In this document: positions 45,392 to 53,857 of the stretch, in pieces
Position numbering within the stretch: the stretch's first letter is position 1
Layout: each line of letters opens with the position of its first letter
Assembly: GCA_963812655.1 (NCBI GenBank)
Contig: CAWEWX010000039.1
Location: 159,832 to 223,831, forward strand
Direction: 5' to 3'
DNA length: 64,000 nucleotides
From: an uncultured delta proteobacterium
GTDB lineage: Bacteria > Desulfobacterota > Desulfobaccia > Desulfobaccales > 0-14-0-80-60-11
Program-made: the position numbers and the translations under genes
Notes under the pieces: generated by a model
Seen by the model: only the letters and a program-made list of their open reading frames with translations
Database searches by the model: none
What the model was told of the DNA's origin: nothing

Positions 45392-46563
45392 AAAATACCG
45401 GGACAAATCGGAAAATTCGTCAACTTATAACAAGTGTTCGCGAAGGCAAGCTATTACCACGGCCAGATTTTCAAAGGCGCCTCGTTTGGAATAATAAAGA
45501 TAAGAGTTCATTTCTTGAGACAGTATTAATGGACTATCCATTTCCAGAAATTTATATAGCAGCTGGAGAAGTTAATGTTGAAACCGGAGAGGGGAAGGAG
45601 TTATTGGTGGATGGGCAACAGAGAGTAACTACTCTTTACCAATATTTTACTGCATCGCCGGACCTAATTCTTTCAAAATCTGTTCGACCATATGCAGAGC
45701 TTACAAAAGATGAAAAAGAAAGGTTTCTCCAATATGATGTTGTTGTTAGAGACCTTGGGCAAGTGGATATTGAAATTATAAGGAATGTCTTTCAAAGAAT
45801 CAATGCCACTCGATACGCTCTGAATGCAATGGAAATACATAATTCAAGATACGAAGGTGCATTTAAAGATTTTGCCGAAGAATATGCAGAAAGGCCTTTC
45901 TTTGACTCACATAGAATTTTCAGCGCATCAGAAATTAGAAGAATGCAAGATATGAGATTTGTTGCCGTTCTGTCAGTAACTATATTAGGGACATATTTCA
46001 ACCGTGATGATGAATTAGAGGAATATTTAAAAAGATATAATGATGAGTTCCCTTTACGAAAAGATCTTGAAAAGGAGATAGATGCCGTTTTCGGTTTTAT
46101 CGATCATATGGACATGCCTGCAACTTCAAGAACATGGAAAAAAGCTGACATGTTTACTTTGATGGTCGAATTACATCGAATATTTTTTAAGCAGGGAATA
46201 TTGATCGATAACAAAGAGTTCGCGGAAAAATTGAAGATATTCTATTCTCTTGTTGATGATTCAGAAAGCCGAAAAGACCCCAAAAAGGATCCTGCAAAAT
46301 ATTATAAAGCGGCTTTGCAGGCCACGAATGATCGCTCCAGCCGTGTAACAAGGGGTGAAATTATTCAAAAAATTATTGAATCCTGTGTTCATATGGGAAA
46401 AATTGCCACCAGCGAGGTTTGTAAAGCATCGGGAATATATAGGGTGATTAATCATATCGAACACCCAAAAGAAATTACAATGGTGGCAGGTAGACCATTT
46501 CCACCTTGCTCCGAATGTAGTAAAAGAGTTGAATACCGGTTGGTACGGAAAACACAGCAGTAA
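45388..46563 (+). CDS. DUF262 (ParB/GmrS-like) domain protein with C-terminal Cys/His cluster (AT-rich islet gene 2)
   Basis: DUF262 hallmarks RPDFQRRLVW and VDGQQRVTTL, plus FQRINATRYALNAMEI. The ATG overlaps the upstream stop (ATGA). The C-terminus is CVH..C....NHIEHP....CSEC. Confidence 0.85.
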   Translation: MKNTGTNRKIRQLITSVREGKLLPRPDFQRRLVWNNKDKSSFLETVLMDYPFPEIYIAAGEVNVETGEGKELLVDGQQRVTTLYQYFTASPDLILSKSVRPYAELTKDEKERFLQYDVVVRDLGQVDIEIIRNVFQRINATRYALNAMEIHNSRYEGAFKDFAEEYAERPFFDSHRIFSASEIRRMQDMRFVAVLSVTILGTYFNRDDELEEYLKRYNDEFPLRKDLEKEIDAVFGFIDHMDMPATSRTWKKADMFTLMVELHRIFFKQGILIDNKEFAEKLKIFYSLVDDSESRKDPKKDPAKYYKAALQATNDRSSRVTRGEIIQKIIESCVHMGKIATSEVCKASGIYRVINHIEHPKEITMVAGRPFPPCSECSKRVEYRLVRKTQQ

Positions 46564-46949
46564 TTCTTAGTATGCAACCACACCAAAGAAAATATGGACG
46601 GAGCCGTTGAACTTGTGCCATCGGTAAAGCTCGGCGCTATTTATGGCCTCCCACATTACTTAGCTTGGTAAATAAGCATCTTATTTCCTGCGCCATTCGT
46701 TAAGCAAACCCGCAGCCTAAAACGCCCTCTAACCTTCCCACATTTCGGAGGTTGGGCTGTTTATCGGTGTTCGCGAGGGGGAATGCACCATTTTTTGAAG
46801 AAGATTAGTCGAATGGCGAGGCACCTGGGGTGGGTGACTGACGGTGTTATGAAGGAAGGATAAATTCTTAATGAAATGGTGGGCTCGTGTCCACCCAACA
46901 GGTCTTTGCCAGGGGTGACAAAAGGCAAAGGCGATGATATGTTAAACGC

Positions 46950-47738
46950 ATGCTGAAGCGCACCTTTATCCACCTCAACGGGGTGGGGCCCCGGGGTGAG
47001 GCCCATTTCTGGAACCAGGGGGTGGGGACCTGGGAGGATTTTCTGGGCGCTTCGCGGCTCTCCGGCCTGTCCTGGGACCGGCTCCGGCGCCTCCAGGAGG
47101 AGTTGCGGGAATCCGTGCGCCAGGTGGATGATCCCGCCTACTTCGGGGCCCGCCTGGCTGCGGCGGAGCATTGGCGCCTGTTCCGCGCCTTTAAGCCCCG
47201 GGTCGGCTACCTGGACATCGAAACCACCGGCGCCTACTGGCCGGGGCTGTCGGTCACCGTGGTGGGCCTCTATAACGGCAGCGGCCTCCTGCAACAATTC
47301 GTCCAGGGCCGGAATCTGCAGCAGTTCCCGCGGGCCCTGGCGGACTTCGACCTGCTGGTCACCTTCAACGGCACCCAATTCGACCTCCCGGTGTTAAGGT
47401 CCTTTTTCCCGGACCTGACCCTGCCGCCCCTGCACGTGGACCTGCGCTTTCTCCTGGCCCGCCTGGGCTACCGGGGGGGCCTCAAGAAGATCGAACCCCG
47501 CTTCGGCATCCGGCGGCCCGGAGAGGTGGACGGCATGGACGGCTACATGGCGGTGATCCTCTGGGAGCGCCACCAGCGGGGCGACCGCACCGCCCTGGAG
47601 CTACTCCTGCAATACAACCGGGAGGACGTCGTCAACCTGGAGGTCCTCATGGAACATGCCTTCCGGATGCAGCAAGAGCGGCTGTTGCCGGCAACCCGGT
47701 TCACCCCCGAGGCCCGGAGGGCGCCAGGCAGAATCTAG
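46950..47738 (+). CDS. RNase H-like fold 3'-5' exonuclease-like protein (YprB/RNase_H_2-like)
   Basis: YLDIETTG (Exo I-like DxE), TFNGTQFDLPVL (Exo II-like) and YNREDVVNL (Exo III-like). Backbone-like GC. Confidence 0.7.
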   Translation: MLKRTFIHLNGVGPRGEAHFWNQGVGTWEDFLGASRLSGLSWDRLRRLQEELRESVRQVDDPAYFGARLAAAEHWRLFRAFKPRVGYLDIETTGAYWPGLSVTVVGLYNGSGLLQQFVQGRNLQQFPRALADFDLLVTFNGTQFDLPVLRSFFPDLTLPPLHVDLRFLLARLGYRGGLKKIEPRFGIRRPGEVDGMDGYMAVILWERHQRGDRTALELLLQYNREDVVNLEVLMEHAFRMQQERLLPATRFTPEARRAPGRI

Positions 47739-47949
47739 GGCGGCCCGGGACCGCCATTAATATTGGCGCGCACCGAGCGCGAGACGCACGGGCGAGAGGC
47801 ACAGGCGGGACGCCTAGGCTACCACAATCAGGGGCACGGCAGGCACGCCGTGCCCTTAAGTTTTTTCGGGGTGGCATTGCCGATGCGGTTATGCTACAAG
47901 AGGCGAACCGGCCGGCTTCCCTAGAAGCTATTGGAAAATCTGATTTCAT

Positions 47950-48021
47950 TGTCATCCTGAACGAAGTTAAGGATCTAAAGTCATTAAAAATACGAGATTC
48001 TTCGCTTCGCTCAGAATGACA
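47950..48021. repeat. Inverted repeat TGTCATCCTGAACGAAG ... CTTCGCTCAGAATGACA
   Basis: 17-nt arms (2 mismatches) separated by ~38 nt. Stand-alone hairpin element in the spacer before proS. Confidence 0.75.
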
Positions 48022-48279
48022 TTTTTGGGCAGCTAGGGGTTTGCAATTGCTTTAGTATCGTGTTTCGGGAATATGTTTAAGATATCTTGGCCCTAAAAAC
48101 TCCCCCTCAAGGGAGGGGGAGAAAAGATCTTAATCCTTAGTTAAGATAATCCTGAGACGTTACACTAGCAAAAAATCCCAGGTTGCCAGGCGAGTCCGCA
48201 AACCGCTCGCAGGGCAGGGCGGGCGGCTGGTATATATCGCCAGCCAGATGTGATAAAATGAAGCTGGTTAGGGGCGTTT

Positions 48280-50007
48280 ATGCAATTTTCCCGGATGCTG
48301 ATTCCCACCTTAAAAGAGACGCCTGCGGAAGCGGAGGCGATTTCCCACCAACTGCTGCTGCGGGCCGGGATGATCCGCAAGGTGGCCTCGGGCATCTACA
48401 ATTACCTGCCTCTGGGCCGGCGGGTTCTCGCCAAGGTGGAGCGGATCGTCCGGGAGGAGATGGACCGGGCCGGGGCCCTGGAGGTCTTGCTGCCCGCGGT
48501 GCAGCCCGCGGAGCTCTGGCAGGAGTCCGGCCGCTGGGCGGTGTATGGTAAGGAGCTGCTGCGCTTCCTGGATCGCCACGAGCGGGACTACTGCTTCGGG
48601 CCCACCCATGAAGAGGTGGTCACCGATCTGGTGCGCCGGGAGGTGCATTCCTACCGGCAGTTGCCCCTCAACCTCTACCAGATCCAGACCAAGTTCCGGG
48701 ACGAGATCCGGCCCCGCTTCGGACTGATCCGCTCCCGGGAATTCATCATGAAGGATGCTTACAGCTTCCACCCGGACGAAGCCGGGGCCGAGGCCTGCTA
48801 CCGGGAGATGTATCAGGCCTATGACCGCATTTTCCGGCGCTGCGGCCTCCGGTTCAAGGTGGTGGAGGCGGACTCCGGCCCCATCGGCGGCAGCTTCTCC
48901 CACGAATTCATGGTCCTGGCGGACACCGGCGAGGACCTGCTGGTCTCCTGCCAGGCCTGCGACTACGCCGCCAACCTGGAGAAGGCCGAGGTGCCCCTGG
49001 AGGCGGCGGCCCCCGGCCCCCCCGCGGGGGACCGGGAGCTGGTGGCCACCCCGGGGGTGCGCCGCGTTGAGGAGGTGGCCGGATTTTTAAAGGTTTCCCC
49101 CCGGGAGATCGTCAAAACCCTGATCTACGAGACTGAGCGGGGCCCGGTGGCGGTCCTCATCCGGGGCGACCACGAAGTCAACGAAGTGAAGGTGAAAAAT
49201 CTCCTGGGGGTCACCGACCTGGCCCTGGCTGGGCTGATCCGGGTTCAGGAGCTTACCGGGGCCGAGGCCGGCTTTGCCGGCCCGGTGGGCCTGACGATCC
49301 CCATCTACGCCGATCAGGCGGTGGCCCGCCTGGATTCCATGGTCACCGGGGCCAATCGGGATAATCACCACCTGCTGCGGGTCCATCCCCGGCGGGACCT
49401 GGAGATCGCCCAGGTGGCGGACCTGCGCCTGGTCACGGCCCAGGACCCCTGCCCCCGCTGCGGGGGGGCGCTGGCCCTAATGCGGGGCATCGAGGTGGGG
49501 CACATCTTTAAGCTGGGGGACAAATATTCCAGGGCCATGAAGGCCGTTTACCTGGACCAGGAAGGGGCCGAGCAGTATCTCTACATGGGCTGCTACGGCA
49601 TCGGGGTGAGCCGCATCGTGGCCGCGGCCATCGAGCAAGGCCACGACGCCCACGGCATCATCTTCCCCATGGCCCTGGCGCCGGTGCAGGTGGGCCTGAT
49701 CCCCATCTCTCTCACCGACGCCGCGGTGCGGGATTGCGCCTTTGAGCTGCACCGGGTGCTGACGGCCGCGGGCCTCGAAGTGCTCCTGGACGACCGGGAT
49801 GAGCGCCCCGGGGTGAAGTTCAAGGACTGCGATCTGCTGGGCATCCCCCTGCGAGTGGTCATCGGCTCCAAGACCCTGGAGAAGGGGCAGGCGGAAGTGA
49901 AGCAACGGGGACCCGAGCGGGAGCCGGAATTTGTCTCGATCCAAGATTTGCCCGATTACCTGAAACAGAGGATTGCCGAGCAGACTGATGGAAGTGAGAG
50001 GCCTTGA
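48280..50007 (+). CDS. proS: Proline--tRNA ligase (bacterial type with INS editing domain)
   Basis: [39 protein letters not shown], class II motifs, 575 aa. Confidence 0.95.
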   Translation: MQFSRMLIPTLKETPAEAEAISHQLLLRAGMIRKVASGIYNYLPLGRRVLAKVERIVREEMDRAGALEVLLPAVQPAELWQESGRWAVYGKELLRFLDRHERDYCFGPTHEEVVTDLVRREVHSYRQLPLNLYQIQTKFRDEIRPRFGLIRSREFIMKDAYSFHPDEAGAEACYREMYQAYDRIFRRCGLRFKVVEADSGPIGGSFSHEFMVLADTGEDLLVSCQACDYAANLEKAEVPLEAAAPGPPAGDRELVATPGVRRVEEVAGFLKVSPREIVKTLIYETERGPVAVLIRGDHEVNEVKVKNLLGVTDLALAGLIRVQELTGAEAGFAGPVGLTIPIYADQAVARLDSMVTGANRDNHHLLRVHPRRDLEIAQVADLRLVTAQDPCPRCGGALALMRGIEVGHIFKLGDKYSRAMKAVYLDQEGAEQYLYMGCYGIGVSRIVAAAIEQGHDAHGIIFPMALAPVQVGLIPISLTDAAVRDCAFELHRVLTAAGLEVLLDDRDERPGVKFKDCDLLGIPLRVVIGSKTLEKGQAEVKQRGPEREPEFVSIQDLPDYLKQRIAEQTDGSERP

Positions 50008-50030
50008 ACCTTGAACTTTGAACTTTGAAC
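50003..50030. repeat. Tandem heptanucleotide array (TTGAACC/TTGAACT)n
   Basis: ttgaaccttgaactttgaactttgaacc occupies the whole proS-relA spacer and contains the proS stop codon. Confidence 0.9.
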
Positions 50031-50031
50031 C

Positions 50032-52188
50032 ATGGCTAACCGCATCATCCGCCTCCAGAACATCATTGAGGAAGTGCTCCAGCACTATCCGCAGGCGGAT
50101 ACCGCCATCATCGAAAAGGCCTACGTCTTTTCGGCCCGGGCCCACGAAGGGCAGTTGCGTCTGAGCGGCGAGCCCTACCTCCTCCACCCCCTGGAAGTGG
50201 CCTACCTTCTGGCCCAGATGGGCCTGGGGGTGGCCACCGTGAGCGCCGGCCTGCTGCACGATACGGTGGAGGATTCCGCCGCCACCCTGGACGATCTGGA
50301 AGAGTATTTCGGCGAGGAAGTGACGGATATCGTCAACGGGGTCACCAAGATCGGCCAGCTCAGCTTCGGCGACCGGCAGACCCAGCAGGCCGAATACATC
50401 CGCAAGATGATCCTCTCCATGTCCTACGACATCCGGGTGCTCTTGGTGAAACTGGCCGACCGGGTCCACAACATGCGCACCCTGGGGTTCATGGAGCCGG
50501 CGGCGCGCAAGCGCGTCGCCCGGGAGACCCAGGAGATCTATGCCCCACTGGCCGGCAGGCTGGGAATTTTCCGGATCAAGGCGGAGCTGGAAGACCTCTC
50601 CTTCTTTTACCTGGAGCCCGAGGCCTACCAGCAGATCCAGGAGGGTCTGTCCCGCAGGCGAGGGGAGCAGGAGAAATACATCCTGGAGGTCTGCCAACTG
50701 CTCCGGGAAAAGCTGGCGGAGCACGGTATCAAGGATGAAGTCAGCGGCCGCCTCAAGAATTACTACAGCATCTACCGCAAACTTCAGGCCCAGCAGATCA
50801 CCCTGGATGAGCTCTACGACCTCCTGGCCTTTCGCATCGTCGTGGAGACGGTGCACGAGTGCTACGAGGCCCTGGGGGTGATCCATGCCCTTTTCCGGCC
50901 GGTGCCCGGGCGCCTCAAAGACTATATCGGCATGCCCAAGGCCAACATGTACCAGTCCATTCACACGACGGTGATCGGCCATTACGGCGAGCGGCTGGAG
51001 ATCCAGATCCGCACCCGGGAGATGCACCGGGTGGCCGAAGAGGGCATCGCCGCCCACTGGAGTTACAAGGAACACCGGGCCTTCAAGGAGCAAGACGCTA
51101 AGCGCTTCACCTGGCTCAAGCAGATGGTGGACCTCCAGAAGGACTTGAAGAGTCCCCAGGAACTCCTGGAAGGGGTGCGCCTAGAGCTCTATCCGGAGGA
51201 GGTTTACGTCTTCACGCCCACCGGCGAGGTCAAGGAACTGCCCCGGGGCGCCACCCTGGTGGACTTTGCCTATGCCATCCATACCGAGGTTGGCAACCGC
51301 TGCAGCGGCGCCAAGGTGAACGGCCGCATGATGCCCCTGCGCACCGAATTGCAGAACGGCGACACGGTGGAGATCATCACCTCGCCGCATCACCAGCCCA
51401 GCCGGGACTGGCTGCAGTTCATCAAGACCACCAAGGCCAGGCACAAGGTCCGCCAGTGGCTCAAGGCCGCGGAGCGGGAGCAGAGTATCACCCTGGGAAA
51501 GGAGCTGCTGGAGCGGGAGCTACGCAAGTCCGGGGCCAGTCTGCAAAAACTGATCAAGGAAGGGGAGGAGCTAAAAAGGGTGACCCAGGAGTTCTCCTTT
51601 GTGGGGGTGGATGACCTCCTGGCCACCATCGGCCACGGCAAGCTCTCCCCGGGGCAGATCACCGGCAAACTCTTCCGGGTGGCCCAGACTCAGCCGGAAG
51701 GGGCGCCCCCGGAGGCGGAGCGCCGGGAAATTAAGCCGGAGGCGGGCGGCAGCCTCAAAATCAAAGACCTGGACGACCTCCTGATGCGCCTGGCCAACTG
51801 CTGCCAGCCCATTCCCGGGGATACCATCATGGGTTACATCACCCGGGGGCAGGGAGTCACCATCCATCGGGCCGACTGCCCCTACCTGGCCAGCACCGAG
51901 GAGGTCCGCCAGATCCCGGCGGAATGGGACGGCGGCGGGGCAGGGAAGGTCTACCCGGTGAAGATCCAGGTGGTCACCGTGGACAAGCCGGGCCTGCTGG
52001 CGGACATTACCAGCGCCCTGAAGAGCGCCGACGTCAACGTCACCCGGGCCTCGGTGGAAACCACCCAGGACCGCAAGGGCATTGCCCGGTTCACCATTCA
52101 GGTGGCGGACCAGCAACACCTGGATAAGGTCTTCGGGTTTCTGAAGCGTTTGAAGGAAGTGATTTCGGTAAGAAGGGTGACGGGGTAG
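50032..52188 (+). CDS. relA: Bifunctional (p)ppGpp synthetase/hydrolase (RelA/SpoT homologue)
   Basis: HD domain (HPLEVA..LHDTVED), synthetase domain (YRSIHT-like YQSIHTTV), TGS and ACT regions. Confidence 0.95.
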   Translation: MANRIIRLQNIIEEVLQHYPQADTAIIEKAYVFSARAHEGQLRLSGEPYLLHPLEVAYLLAQMGLGVATVSAGLLHDTVEDSAATLDDLEEYFGEEVTDIVNGVTKIGQLSFGDRQTQQAEYIRKMILSMSYDIRVLLVKLADRVHNMRTLGFMEPAARKRVARETQEIYAPLAGRLGIFRIKAELEDLSFFYLEPEAYQQIQEGLSRRRGEQEKYILEVCQLLREKLAEHGIKDEVSGRLKNYYSIYRKLQAQQITLDELYDLLAFRIVVETVHECYEALGVIHALFRPVPGRLKDYIGMPKANMYQSIHTTVIGHYGERLEIQIRTREMHRVAEEGIAAHWSYKEHRAFKEQDAKRFTWLKQMVDLQKDLKSPQELLEGVRLELYPEEVYVFTPTGEVKELPRGATLVDFAYAIHTEVGNRCSGAKVNGRMMPLRTELQNGDTVEIITSPHHQPSRDWLQFIKTTKARHKVRQWLKAAEREQSITLGKELLERELRKSGASLQKLIKEGEELKRVTQEFSFVGVDDLLATIGHGKLSPGQITGKLFRVAQTQPEGAPPEAERREIKPEAGGSLKIKDLDDLLMRLANCCQPIPGDTIMGYITRGQGVTIHRADCPYLASTEEVRQIPAEWDGGGAGKVYPVKIQVVTVDKPGLLADITSALKSADVNVTRASVETTQDRKGIARFTIQVADQQHLDKVFGFLKRLKEVISVRRVTG

Positions 52189-52203
52189 AAGAAGCGGTTA
52201 GCT

Positions 52204-52298
52204 ATCAGCTTTCAGCAGTCAGCTAAAAGCAAAAGCAAAGGCAGAAGCAAAACCAAGACGCCAAAACCAAAATCCAAAAGCTGATCGCTGAACGCTGA
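52204..52298. repeat. Inverted pair of heptamer arrays flanking A-rich 6-7-nt repeats between convergent relA and rpmB
   Basis: ATCAGCTTTCAGCAGTCAGCT (52204..52224) against AGCTGATCGCTGAACGCTGA (52279..52298), about 17 of 20 complementary by eye. Between them: aaaagcaaaagcaaaggcagaagcaaaaccaagacgccaaaaccaaaatccaaa. Confidence 0.8.
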
Positions 52299-52306
52299 AA
52301 CCTTTT

Positions 52307-52498
52307 TTAGGCGGGTTTGTTAACCAGCCCCGAGCGCAGGCAGCGGGTGCAAACCCGAAGATAACGCACGCTGCCCTGGCGGACGGCCCGGACCTTGCGC
52401 AGATTGGGCTTCCAGCGGCGTTTGGTGTGGTTGTTGGCGTGGCTGACATTGTTGCCCACCTCGGGGCGCTTGCCGCAGATCTCACAGACGTAGGACAT
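52307..52498 (-). CDS. rpmB: 50S ribosomal protein L28
   Basis: C.ICGK....[17 protein letters not shown] is the L28 signature. 63 aa. Confidence 0.95.
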   Translation of the reverse strand: MSYVCEICGKRPEVGNNVSHANNHTKRRWKPNLRKVRAVRQGSVRYLRVCTRCLRSGLVNKPA

Positions 52499-52745
52499 GG
52501 TACAACCCTCCTCAAACTTTTAAACTATATAAAAAATCTCCGGGAAAGCAAGGGGCGAAAAGACGCTTTTCGGGTTGCGGTTTGCGGTTTTCGGTGGAAA
52601 CCTTCGCATAATCAGTACATTAGTAGAGCCTGAAGCAATTTGAATTTTTAATCTGGAACAGGCGCCTTCCCGCTCCTTAAACTGTAGCCGCAGGCTTCAG
52701 CCTGCGTAAGCTAAATATTTGCGGCGGCATTTTAAAAGGAATCTG

Positions 52746-53684
52746 ATGGAGCAAAAGATGAAATCTGCCAGGGCGAGATATTCTCTGGGCCTGGTGCTGA
52801 TCCTGCCGCTGGTTTTGGGACTGGCCGCCGCGGTCCCGGCCTGGAGTATACAAAAAACTTCCCAGGAGGAGGCGGCCCTCTTTTCTTACCGCGACCTGGG
52901 CCCGGTGGACCTGTCTCCCAAGAAGCTGGAGGTGGAGGTCTATGTCTCCCCCAGCCCGGAGTTGGCCGCCTGCCGCCGCATGATCTCCTTAGTGGAGGAC
53001 CAGGTGCAGCAGTTTTTCGCCCGGATGGGGGTGAACCTGGTCTATTGCCCGGCGGGGTCCAAACCCGGGCCGCTGGCCCCGGCCCAGCGGCTGCGGGTGG
53101 AGCTGCTGAGCCAACGGGAATGGCTGGAGGCGAGCTCTAAGGCCTTCGAGGTGGCCCCGCCCTTGCGCCTGCGCTTCCTCCAGGTCTGCCGGGACAAGTT
53201 CGCCTTTGCCCACCTGCCCTTGTCGGTGACCCAGATCTCCTTCAAGCGCTTCGAGGAGGCCCAGTTGAGGGCCGATCCTAAGGATGAGTCCCTGAACCGC
53301 AACTGGCTGGCCAATCTGCTGTGCCACGAACTGGGGCACCTCATGGGCCTCTACCACCCAGAAGAATTCGTCAACCACCCCATCCCGGTGCGCCTGCCGG
53401 ACCAGGACCGGACTCCCAATTTCATGAGCCAGAAGATCGCCTTCCAAAAGGCGCTGGGGTTCGTGGAGTTCCAGCGGTTGCTGGTGCACAGCTACCTGGG
53501 GAAGGGCAAGGTCTATCAGCAATACCAGTACGTGAACTTCGACCCCCTGCGCTACCTGGAGCTGGTGAAGCTCTATAACGGCTACCGGGAGCCGCTGCCC
53601 AGGGCGTCAAAATTGGCCCAGAGACTGAAGCAAGGGAACCCCAGGGCCTTCGACGATAATCATGAGGATGACGAGGGTGATTGA
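52746..53684 (+). CDS. Secreted putative zinc metalloprotease with metzincin-type motif
   Basis: Signal peptide (ARYSLGLVLILPLVLGLAAAVPAWS) and HELGHLMGLYH, which matches HExxHxxGxxH. I chose ATG 52746; ATG 52758 is also possible. Confidence 0.6.
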   Translation: MEQKMKSARARYSLGLVLILPLVLGLAAAVPAWSIQKTSQEEAALFSYRDLGPVDLSPKKLEVEVYVSPSPELAACRRMISLVEDQVQQFFARMGVNLVYCPAGSKPGPLAPAQRLRVELLSQREWLEASSKAFEVAPPLRLRFLQVCRDKFAFAHLPLSVTQISFKRFEEAQLRADPKDESLNRNWLANLLCHELGHLMGLYHPEEFVNHPIPVRLPDQDRTPNFMSQKIAFQKALGFVEFQRLLVHSYLGKGKVYQQYQYVNFDPLRYLELVKLYNGYREPLPRASKLAQRLKQGNPRAFDDNHEDDEGD

Positions 53685-53737
53685 AGGCGGCAGGGAGCAG
53701 TCAGTTTTCAGCAGTCAGGTAAGGCGGCCCGCCATTT

Positions 53738-53850
53738 TTCTTCTCGTTCCCAAGTTGTACTTGGGAACGTCCTTATGGCCCAAGCTGTGCTTGGGCAAAG
53801 CCAAGCTTTGCACCTAATTGGGTTCCCAAGCGCAGCTTGGGAACCAGAAA
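53738..53850. repeat. REP family GTTCCCAAG-loop-CTTGGGAAC (three related hairpins)
   Basis: gttcccaagttgtacttgggaac, gcccaagctgtgcttgggc and gttcccaagcgcagcttgggaac. A related unit lies at ~20536..20565. Confidence 0.8.
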
Positions 53851-53857
53851 AAGCCAT

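Noticed and set aside
44743-46949. Looked for mobility signatures of the NTase/DUF262 islet (integrase, transposase, tRNA, long direct or inverted terminal repeats)
   Set aside because: None found. Only a 7-bp TAATTCT occurs near both ends, which is too short to be meaningful in AT-rich DNA. So I do not call it a mobile element, only a compositionally foreign islet.
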